The notes under the pieces: model-generated
Database searches by the model: none
What the model was told of the DNA's origin: nothing
Seen by the model: the letters and a program-made list of their open reading frames with translations, nothing else
Shown here: positions 1-11,100 of the stretch, in pieces
Numbering within the stretch: position 1 is the stretch's first letter
How the letters are laid out: each line of letters opens with the position of its first letter
Source: Eutreptiella sp. 'Long Island Sound 2002'
Taxonomy: Eukaryota; Protista; Euglenida
Reading direction: 5' to 3'
NCBI GenBank assembly: GCA_964036045.1
Contig: OZ038379.1
Location: forward strand, 22,258,001 to 22,322,000
DNA length: 64,000 bases
Translations under genes and position numbers: made by a program

Positions 1-541
1 AGCTCTGAAAAGGGGGTTGGCTGAATGCTTCTGAGCGATGCTGACAGCAATCAGTTCAATCCATATTGAAATTGGCAAATGGGGGATGGAAATGGGTGCT
101 TTTGTGGAGGACCCCACGAACAAACACCTGAATTTCTGAAAATGGTGCTAGCGCTTGAAAGGAACATTGCGGAAACCTCATTGCCCAAACAAAAGAAGGA
201 TGCTGGAAATAAAGAACAGGTCAGTGTATAAGCTAATCCCAAATAATTCGGAATGGAGGTGAATCCACAAACCAAGCCGTGATATCGAGCGGACCCTAAA
301 GAACAGTCTCACGTCAGCCCCAAGAAAACCAAGTCAAAAGTTGCCCAGGTCAGGTACTGTTTAGCCAAAGGGAGAGGAAATTGAATGGGGACGGAGGGCT
401 CCCTTGTACTCAGCGTGAAAACCATCCGCTGGCCTAGACTCTCCAGAACTTGCTCCTATAATCCTAGAGCACTCACAGAACGCCGTCTACAAACCATCAA
501 GGTCTGGTCGCCGTGGCTCTGCAGACTGGCGTGGTCTGGCA

Positions 542-780
542 TTCATCAGGTAATTTGCCCCAAAAACCACTGGGGAAAGGGCCAGGGCAGGACATCTCAA
601 AATATAAAAGCACGGCGCACCTAAGCAAACGGTGAAGTGCAAACTCATGGGCGGCTGTCAAAGGATACCTGTTGACTGGTTACTGGCGGCACGGGGCATT
701 GTGATGGACGGGAAACCAGCGGTGTCGGCTTCGAGTTGACCGATTGTTGGCGATTAACTAGCAACGGTGACGGTATTCTG
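542..780 (+). repeat. Dispersed 239-bp repeat, near-identical to 49484-49722
   Basis: Direct comparison: ttcatcaggtaatttgccccaaaaacc...gcaacggtgacggtattctg occurs at both loci with only a few substitutions, and the flanks diverge abruptly. Confidence 0.9.
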
Positions 781-2397
781 GCAATGGGACGGCACAGGTC
801 AGTCAAATTGGGGTCAAATCATGGACTTGACAAACCAGAACGCCCACAGTACATCGGGTTTCCCGACAGGACTCGAACGACTGCGTCACGCTAGGAAGAT
901 TGACCAGTTCTTGACCTTATGTTTCACTCCCACTGACCCCACTCCCACAGTGGGTGAAATTTCAAAGCTCCCTGGGGGACTTCATCCCTCACTCATGATG
1001 GTCGTACATTTGTCTCCTGCACTCTGATAAATGCCATATTCCAGAGACAACGGACACTTCCCACGTCTCAAGCACATGATCCCAATTCACACGATGGTGA
1101 CTTACGCGCAGAAGCAAAGGCAAAGGAAGCAGAGGGTGGGTGTTCTGCAACATAGCACTATCGAGTGGAGTAAAGGGGGCATCGTCCCAGCGCTGGCAGG
1201 TTTCACATTCAGTCACTCCCAGACCGTGCATTGTGGAGGGTGCTCTCCACCACAAATAATGTGTGGGGGTTGGAACAGAGGGCGGATCAACAAATGTTAC
1301 ACATCAGCGGTGCGCTGCACTTCCAGGCATTTTGCCCATGGTATGCTCGTCGTGTGCCATAGGCCAGGCGGTTCCTGATGGTTCTGCACTTGGGCTGAGG
1401 ATCGGTGCCCTAGGGCCCAAGTGTGGAGCAGGCGGCACACACGAAAAGAGAACAGAGCAGTGCGGCAACAGAAGAGATGACAGCATGACAAAGCGGGGGG
1501 TCTCAACCGGTTGGAAATTCAGACCAAAAACGGCCATTTTGGGGGCGCATTTTGGGCCATAGTGAGACGCCGATGTTGGTTTGTGAAGCCCAATTGAATA
1601 AAACATAAAATGGCGCATCAACACGGCAGTTATTATGGTTGATCATTTTACTCGGCTTGTGGCATGCTTGACATTGTCGTTGACGACTGAATTTGTTCGG
1701 AGGACAACGGGCGGGGGGTGGGGTGAGACCTAAAAAACGAGAGCTAAGCCGGGGTGGGGGGGGGGGGGGCAACCTTGTGGGGGGTGGGAAAATGACTGAA
1801 GAGGCCGGAAAGTAGAACCGATTTGAGGGATGCAAATTTGTTAATTTTGTCTTGGCCTCTGGTCCACCAACTCATCCTCACCCCTGACACCCTGAAGGGC
1901 TCTGTGCTTGGTTTGGCATAATGCCTGCGGTACTGAGTCTCACTCGATGGGTGCAGCGTCCCTGCCGGACACCCCTAAGCATTGTCAGCCTCTTGCCCTT
2001 GCATCACCAATGCCCTTGGAAAATACCTCCCTCATTGGTGTGGCCATACTACGCTGCCCCACAGGCTCGGTGCAGAATACACCCCGACCAAAGATAATAC
2101 CGCGAACTCGGCATGGCAACTGCTGTGCCACTTTTCTGGCAATTTCTATTTTCACTTTTACCCCGTTGGCAGACTTCAGCGGAGGTTCCGAAGTGGGCGC
2201 CCATTGAATGGGACTGTGCAGAAGGGGACTCTGCCACTTTGCAGCCACATCCACACCCGACTGGCCATCACTGCTGCTGTTGGTGCAGGGGACCCTGCTG
2301 CTGCAGAGTCACCAGCTACCGAGAGGGTTTGTGGTGGTCCTGGGCACTGGCATCCACAGGCGTAGAGCGGATTCTCTGAGTGGTGGTCCTGAACCAT

Positions 2398-3716
2398 GGC
2401 CTGGCGCAGACCTGACACCAACACCCCCCTTAACCTTATGGGCCCGGGGGGGGGGGGGGGTCACGCGAGTGTTGACAAGTGTTACACAAGTGTACTTGCG
2501 TGACACTCAGAAAAAAATATATTTTCTATATTATTTTTTTTGAGTGTCAGCACGAGCGTACCCCCGTAATTCTTTTTTTGTTTGAGTGTGAGCGGGAGTG
2601 CTGAGGGACAAAAAATCCAATCTGACCGCCATTGCTACTTGAAGAGATGAAGTGAGGCAAACTCACTCCCACGGACATTTTGGGTACTCCAAGCATGGGC
2701 AAGGTACTGGAGACGTGGTGCAGATGGATGATACCAGGGATAGGACGGGAGACCAATGGGTGGGCACTAGATACACCGGAAGCAGCAGGTGTACAACAGA
2801 TTGGTTGGTTAGGGTCTATCAGGTTTGATAAACAGAGGGAATAGGAGGGAAATTCAATGAATATCGGATACACTGCACCGAAAAACGCAGTGTACAATAG
2901 GTTAATTGTTGTGAAAAAAGGGAGAGAGGAGGTGAAAAAAGGGGCATGGCACCAAGGGAGCACATATGGGCAGATTGGCTATGTGACCCCTACCGTCTAG
3001 GGGGTCCCCACCGCTTCAAAGCAGGGGACAAAATCAGCAATGGCCCCCATGTGGGTGGATTGGGCCAAAAAGGCTAAATTACCCTCCAATGCCCAAAAAG
3101 GGGGGTTGGAAGCGAAAATAAGCCATTTGACTTTTTTTGGGTACACTCGCGTGGATACTCAAAAAAAAATCAGACACTCGCCTTGACACTCAAAAAAAAA
3201 TTTTGTCTAATTTTTTTTTTCGAGTGTCACACAAGTGACTTGCAAGACACTTGGAAAAAAAATTTTCTATGTTTTTAAATACATTTTTTTACACTCGTGT
3301 GACACTTCACTCCCTTTGGGGGGGAGGGTCCTTGGGTACCTCGGGGGGCCGCCGAGCTAGGGTCCCAGATACCCCAACATATACACCTCAAAATGACCCC
3401 CTCGCTGCACTGGTCTTTTTGACACACATGTGTGGGGTTGAAAAAATACCCCCCGGGGGGTCCAATCCTAGCAGCCAGGAATGGGGGAGCTCAGGGGTCA
3501 GACAAACATTTCATGTTTTGCATACATATTTGAATTCCCCATAAAATTCCGAGCATACACACACAGCATAAAACCGAAATTTTACTCGCACCTTGTAAAA
3601 AAAGTTTTTGCAGCGCCGTCAGTGCCAAGTTTGGGCCAAATCTGGTCCGGACCTCCTCAATGTTTTGGACATCTCGGGGGGGGGGGGGGGCGTTGGTGTC
3701 GGGTCTGAGCCAGGCC
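2398..3716. mobile_element. MITE-like non-autonomous element (~1.3 kb) with ~32-bp imperfect terminal inverted repeats
   Basis: ggcctggcgcagacctgacaccaacacccccc (2398-2429) is the inverted complement, with 3 mismatches, of 3685-3716. Poly-G tracts lie inside both ends. There are internal gagtgtc/gacactc arrays and an inner IR (2461-2472 vs 3291-3302). No convincing ORF and no TSD recognised. Confidence 0.6.
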
Positions 3717-3789
3717 GCCCCCCACGTCCTGAACCTTAAGCTGTAGCTCCTGAAGCAAGCCTGAATGGGAGGTCAATCCACGGCGTCCT

Positions 3790-4700
3790 CAATGGTGTTG
3801 ATGTTCAGCAACATTTCTACTGAGTCCTATGCGCCAAAAAAAAACATGATCTCGTCCACATTGTATGGTCGTACCAAAGCAAAGCAGGCACAACAACGGG
3901 GCGCGAATGGGTATGTTCTGAACACTGCATTGACCTCCCCCTAGCGAAAAATTCCCTCTTTTCAAAATGAACCAATTCTCTGCAGACACTCCGATCCCCC
4001 CTCGTCTCTTGCAGTGTTTCGCCTACAAGTGTGGGAAAGGGGCGCTTGGAAGTCACAGTCGTCAGTAATCGGCTCCCAGTAGGAAGGCCCAGCCAAGCCG
4101 GTGCCGAAGCCTTATCGCATCCTTTGACTTGGGGAAGGCACAGCAAAGCCGGTGCCGGAGCTCTATCGCATCCTGTGATGTGGCCAAAGGCTGACTGCCC
4201 TAAAAACAGAAAAGTCCCGCTTGCAGGGCCCGAGGGATCAGAAATGAAGGTTCATGAATCACTATATGAGCCCCGGAACGCTGCCACAAGCCACAGTCCA
4301 GAAAGACGGACGGTGTCCCACAGACATTTGCGGAATTTCTTGGCGTGTGTAGTCGAATCAGCCAGTGTACCCTCCCCCGAGGCCGTTATGCAAATGCTGA
4401 GAACTGGATCCCGTTTTCTGACACATGGAATGGCCTGTCCGAAACAGCAGCTCCTGGCGGGGGCCGAGAACAGCATCAAAAGGCATTTTTTGGGCGATGT
4501 CTGGCCGTCGGTGGAGCCTGCGCAAGCACAGGGATGCGTTAAAGTGAGGTTAAATATGGGTCGGTGGGATAGACTGAACACCCCCGCCGTAGCCACTTCC
4601 AGTCAGCAGCCCACATGGTCTCCAAATCAGAAGCAACGATGAAGAGGTTAGGTACTTTGAGGAGCACTTTTACAGAGAGGTAGCACACACACGGCAATCC
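3790..4700 (-). mobile_element. Possible highly degenerate retroelement remnant
   Basis: The minus-strand fragment LCLLCFGTTIQCGRDHVF resembles a CxxC...H zinc knuckle, and there is a ~51-bp internal tandem duplication near 4090-4190. No intact ORF. Confidence 0.2.
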
Positions 4701-5193
4701 TGAGCTGACGGTGTCGTGTGCAAAAAGACAGTTGGGGATCCACTGCTCCCTGGATCTGCGGTAAGGCAGCTGCGAGCTACTCCCGATGAACGAAGGTTGT
4801 TAATCTACATTGTGAAAATTGCAAACTGAACCGCTGTGAGGATCCAGTCCAAAATTTCTGCCCTACTTTATGCTCTTCCACTAGTCCTTGGTTCTAAAAA
4901 GAAAGGGAATCCTGGTGCTTTCGCTCTCCAAGCGCCGACAGGGAACGAACCCGTGAACAAAGAAACAAACAAATCTGTGGGTTAACGATTCATGTTTGCC
5001 CTGATGCCATCGGTTGGACATCCAAATGCCGTCAATTGACCGCCAACCCCGTCGGTTAACAACTGACTGCTTGATCGAACGACAACCACGGCGGTTCTTG
5101 AGGAAGATATCAAAAGGGGGGGGGGGGGGCGTGATGCGTACCCATGGCAAGCTACAGCCCAAGGCTGCACTTCCCCCCCAAAATCCTGAGAAA

Positions 5194-8100
5194 CTATAAA
5201 GAATCGTCGTCATCGATCACAATGATATCGGGCGAGCTGCTCCGCGACTGTGGATTGCAGAGGTTGCTCGTGAACGTGTTTCCGTTTTGGTGGCTGAAGA
5301 AGAAATTGAAAGAGGCAGCAAGGCCCACGCCCGGGCAGAAGCGTGAATGGCACGACAGCACATGGACGGGCAAACAGCCACACTAACGTCTGTAAGGCCT
5401 ATATATATATACTGCATGGGTAACATGGCCATACACCTCCTCTGTGACACGCGCACGGGAACTCATACAGGTTTTCCTTCTAGTACAAACGACCCCCCAT
5501 AGCCACACGCACCACAACATGCTGATTCCCGTCCCCAAGACTGCGTACACAGTGCACGTTGTGCAGATCTGTTCCTTGTCCCTCTTTGGCTCATTACTGT
5601 CTTGGTTTCATACACCTCCCATGCCTCCCTCACATTATCCACAAACAAATCCGTGCATCCCTCTTGTCCACAACCACACTCCACCATCCATCATGTCCAA
5701 AAACATACGTACACTTCCCTTTTGTCCACAAACACACTCATGCAGCACTTTTATCCTTTTCATCCACCAACACATGCCGTTCAGCCACAACCAGCAACGC
5801 CAAGATCGATGCAACTGTTTCTCCGCTCTTTCTGCCTTAAGCCACAGAGTGCAGGACAGAAATTGTCAATTCGATAACCACACACCCACACCCGCTGAAA
5901 ACCACGTCTGCAACCCCCCTGCGGGCATTACGCTCCTTCTGACCCTCATACAGCCACAAGCACAAGCCCTTGCACAAGCACAAGCACAGAACCAAGCAGG
6001 CAACGGAGCATGCAGACACCTGTTTGACGGCAAATAACTGGGAGACGCAGCAGTGAAACTCGGTACATTGAGGCTGCCAAACGTACCCATGCCGCCCCCC
6101 ATACCCATGCCTGTACTTGCTGCGGCAAAAGCGTACTGATAATACCCTGGTGCCGTGGAGACAGAGGCGGTCGCAGAAGCAGAGGAGACGGGTGCCGGCG
6201 GACTGGCGGGTTGATACAATGGTGCAGAAACAGGTGGCCGGGGCAGCAGGGAGGAGGCATAGGGAGGTGGAATGCTTGAGAGGGGGGCTGCTGAAGAAGA
6301 TGGAAAGGGAAGGTGACCATTCGGCGTGGGTATATGGGGTGTTGCAGGGGGCCAAACAGGATGTGGAGCGCCTGCAGGCATGTTGATGCCCACCTGCACG
6401 CCGGAGACGAAAGCGGGTGCAGGGGCTGAACTTGCGAGTGGACGCGAGGGTGCTGCGAAATCGTCTTCGTCCTGAGAAAACAGGTCATGTGGTTGCGCGG
6501 CCTGCGCATATCATGTAATTCTCTGGTTCTGTCAGACTCTGACTGACTGACTGACTGACTACAGAGACACCAAACGCAGTGAAGAGGGAGAATCAGAAAT
6601 TGAATTCACTACTGAACACTGGATATTACAACGTTCCATGCAAACAAGCAGGCAGAGGCTATACACCCCAGAGACGAATGCTCTGCACAGACTTCAACTG
6701 TCTCAGGGAACTACCCACGAGCTGCCTGAGATGTCATTCATGCCTGCCATCCACAGCTTGCGTTTCAGCCATTGCAACACCCAGGTGCAGCTAATGCAAC
6801 CTGGATCGTGAACCCAGAGGTTGCAGAGATTGGATGATGAGCCAGAAACCTCAACACTCCGTATGTAAATTCAAGATCCACATTTGGCCCAGGTCACCAG
6901 AGCTGTTTTCAGACCTCCTTCCCAAACCTCCTTCCGGCAGTTCAAATGCCCCTCTTGCCTGGAGTGCAGTTCTCTGACTGCCTAACAACGAGTTTCCTTG
7001 AAATGACCGTCAACTTTGGTGATATCCATAAAAGAATTATGGTGAAGGCGTCCAAAAATCCAATCAGCTACATGTGGTGGCAGAGCTCGTGTGGGTATGT
7101 GGGGTCAGACTACACTGAAAACAGTGGTTGTGTCTGCAATTATGTGACTACAGCAGAGAAAATTCCCATGATCTGTTCGACATGACTGCACAATTGTGAC
7201 CCCGGGAGGTGGGGTCGTTCGTCACTGATTTCCCTGATCGTTTCCCTGATTTGCAGCACACCTCATCGTCACTGAGGATGTCCACACAGACTGCCTCGCT
7301 CTTTGCGCCACTCTTTGGCTCTGGAGCTCCTCCACTTCCATTGCTGGCGGAATGGTGTAGCCCGTTGGAGCTTGTTGCGCCGTTGCACGCTGCGGAGGCC
7401 GTCCAAGTGCCGTCTGGTTTGACGGTGATTTTGCTGACCACATCTGTATTCACGCTCTTTAATACGCTGTCCATCAGTGCATCCACCCGAAGCATCTGAA
7501 GAACATGAAAAGCACATTGCACAGGACATACGCGCAGAAGAGCAAATGTCTGGCACTACTCGCACCCAGATTGCCGCTGATTTTAGGCCCACGCAGAAGA
7601 CAAGCAAATAGGACAAACGATTCTATTTCAGCCAAGCTAACGACAATAAAAAGGGGGGGGGGGGCAACTCCACTGACAGGGCTTGGCAGCTAACCCACGA
7701 GTGCCCAGGGGCAAAATGTGACCTGGCTGTGGACCTTTGGCGAGGGTTGTGGTCGTGGAGCAGCATTCTCTCAAGCGGGCAACTCGTTCCCACCGAATCA
7801 CCGCATTTTGCCAATTGCAGCCGGCTGGCCGCCAGCCGTACATGGAACCTCGGGGGATCCAACAACATTTCGCAAATTTCCAAAATGCTACAAGCAATCG
7901 CTTGAGCGTGAGCCTGCACTGCTGTGGGGACGTGTTGGGAGGATCACTGATTGTGCGTGCACAGGTCTGGGTCAAGGAACACTGGTGGACTGGTGGGGCA
8001 TACTGAGAAGGAGCACTGTTGCTCACATATGGGGCAATTCCAGACTTTCTGCTGATTGCACATAGTGAGATACATCTGTGCAAATGCGAGGTGGAAGCGT

Positions 8101-11100
8101 TTGTACAAAGCTGGGCCAGGATGGGAAAGGCCAAGGGACTGGTGGCAAACACGTGCTGCATTAAAACATGAGCTGTGTCTCACAACGTAGGTGTTTGAAT
8201 ATGTATCCAATATTGCGTGCAATTGCAACCAAGCTCATCATGCATTTAATTTGGTGAAATCCAACAGCACCACAGTGACAAACCACCCATTGCTGCATTT
8301 GCATGACAACACTATTCGAAACCCTTCCAATTGCCATGACAACTTTCTCACTCAATGGTCTAAAATATCAATATTTCAGAGAAAAAGGAAATTCGTGCAG
8401 CAGCAAATCCTTTTCGACCGCTTTCTATCTCTGTTGGACCCAATGTAACCCTCCCCTAGCGTGTTGCGATTCCCGAGAGAATTCAATTTCAGACCCAGCC
8501 GTGTTAAGGGACCATCCCCCAGGGGGCCTGTGACTTTGTGCGGCTCGTGCCGTATGCGCAACGTGTGTGCAGTTTGTCACTGTACTGCAGCATCCCCCCC
8601 CCCCCTTTTGGCAGATTCTGCCAAAACAGCTAGTGTTCGTGATAATCACCTCAAAATGCTAGTCAGCAAGGGCGGGCACGAGCGAAGAATAATTCCTTAT
8701 TTAGAGGGGTATTGGTTTGGCATATAATATAGCATACGGGGTTTCCTGCAAAATCCTTCATATGAGAGATAAAAACTCACGCCCCCCCTTTTTGGATATT
8801 GGCCTGTGCAACCTTCCTAGCTGACTTCCCGATTCTTGAGGAGGGCTGGGCTGGAGTTTGGGACAAAATCTTGATCCACCATAATCTTTACGTCAAAATC
8901 GCAGTTCTTTTTCAATCTTCCGTTTTGAGGCTAAACTCTTTTCCAAGCTCTGTGGCCGGGTAACAAAGCACCCGCAAGGGCGCTCACATGGGAAGGCAAC
9001 AAATGGTTTTTTGCCAACAGGACCCTGAGTTTGACCAGAAATAGGCTTAAAGCCCCCCCTGTGTGACAATCCGTCTGGTTGTTGTTCCTTTACGGGGCCC
9101 TGGACAGTCACCTGTTCTTCCCTTCGCATGTTGCGTCGGGTTGCTGCTTTCTGTCGACCGCCGCGGCCGGTGCTCTTGCTGGTGTTGTTTCCGCGTTCGC
9201 AGAGCCCAGTAGTTGGTGTGTTGGGGCTGTGCTGAATGTGGCATGGTGTGCCGTTTGCGCGTCAGCGGCGCCCAATGGTTGGCGTATTGAGGATGTGCTG
9301 GTTGTTGCCGGGGTCGTTTGACTGTTTTTGCTGTCCACGCGCCTCTGTCCAGAGGCCGTCCATAGCCTGCCTCGCTGTGGTTCTGTGTGTGTGAGGCCCA
9401 GGTGCCCTGTTCCTCCACGCGCTGTCCCGGCCGTCCACCATATGTCCTTTTCCCCCTCACAGCTGGTCTGCCCCCGATGGGCTCCCGCTCCTGTTGCGCA
9501 AACAGCCTATCTAGGCTGCGGGAGACACCCCCCACCTGATGCCGGTTGAGCAGGGGTTGCCTTGGCACCCGGTAGCGACGGGGCTGGCTGGCCAGGCCAT
9601 CCCCTTTATTGTCGCTGCCTCCCATGCGCACGCTCTCCCATCCCCTCCATTTTGGTTCCCTGTTCCCGCTGTTCTGGTTGCCCCTCCTGCCTCGCTGTGC
9701 CCCTCCTCCTTGTCTGCTGTGCTTGCCCTTGTCCCTCCTGGTGTGGCTCCCGCGTTCTGTGTGTCTGTTGCTCCTCCCACTGTATGTACGACGTGGACTG
9801 TCCCGTGCGCGGTTGGCTGGTCACGGCCCTGTTGCCACCCCCGTGGCGGGCACCTCCCGGCGCGCAGGGCGCAGCCCCCGCCCTTGTGGAGTACGTGGGC
9901 ACCTTGTAGAGGGAGGGGGGGGTGGGGGGTTGCAGATGGCTCGCTCGGCGTGCGCCGCATTTGGTGGTTGCTGCAGTGTTCGCACCTCATGGTTCCCTTG
10001 TGTGTTGTTGTGTGTCCTGTTGGGGCTCGTCTCACTGCCGTGTGTGGGGCGGCTCTGTGCCTAGTTGCTTTGCTGCTTGCGTTCCTCCTAGTTTCGGGCT
10101 CTTTCTTTTTCTGTTGGCATGCTCACCGTTGCTGGTGTGCGGCGCCGGGGGGACAGCATGTCGCTCCCTGCCTCCCATTGTGGCTGTCGGGTTGTCCCAC
10201 TTGCAGTTGGGTGGTACCAAGGGCACCGGGGACTTTTGCACATGTCTCCAAATCTACAAACTGACCTGTCACTGGTGTTTGTTGGGGTTGTTCTGGGGTG
10301 AATGTGGTGCGTTGTTGCTCTTTTGCTTTCTGGGCTACTGAGGGGCTCCCCGTTTGAGGACTTCACTCCGGGCTGTCCACGCCTCGGAGCTAGTGACTCG
10401 TGTGAGTCCACCCCCTGGTTGGTCGTGTGCAGTGACCACCAATGGTTTGGACGCTGTGTCTCATAAGCGTGCCCAAGGTCCCTGCAATAGGCCCTGGTGA
10501 CAGAACTTAGCTACTCGCGGGCAGTACATGTTTTAGGTGATTGCCCAATGGACAACTGCGTAGCCGGCTGCCAACCCCCCGCAGGGGCAACCCCCTTACT
10601 TAGGCTTGGATTGCCTTCTCCGCCCGGTGTGGTCGGGATGGTGATGGCTCCCGGGAGTGCATCAGGGAAGCATCCCTTCTATGTTGTGCGTAAATGTGGC
10701 CTTGGTTGTTGCGTGTGTGGTGGGCGCCGTGTTGGCGTTGGGGCGTGGGGTCATGGGCCCTTAGTGATGCTCCATGCGCTGCCTTGTTTGCGGGCGGCGG
10801 TGGCTGTGTGTGGGTGAAGTGCCCGTGTGGTGGGTCTGGCCCCCACCCTGGGTGTTGGGTGTTGGGCTGGTGTTGGTGCTCGTGGCAGGTGGTGTGGCTG
10901 TCCGCCACTGTTGTTGTGGTACACTACTTTGCTTTGCTCTACTATACTGTGTGCTGCGTGTTGCGTGCTGTCATGTGCTGGCGAGTTTTCATTGTGTGCC
11001 TCTGCCGGCTCTGGTGTGCTGCCCTGTGTTGTGTGCTATGCCGCTTCCGCGCTGTGCACTACGCTGCCTCCGTGAGACGTGGCGGCCGCGGCTACCCGGG

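Noticed and set aside
4031-4642. 203-aa ORF downstream of SIZ1
   Set aside because: It has a non-ATG start and no motif, and overlaps a decayed repeat with an internal duplication.
9539-10264. 241-aa ORF and neighbouring long ORFs at 9047-11548
   Set aside because: These are low-complexity Cys/Val/Trp-rich translations of a GC-rich repeat, open on several frames at once.
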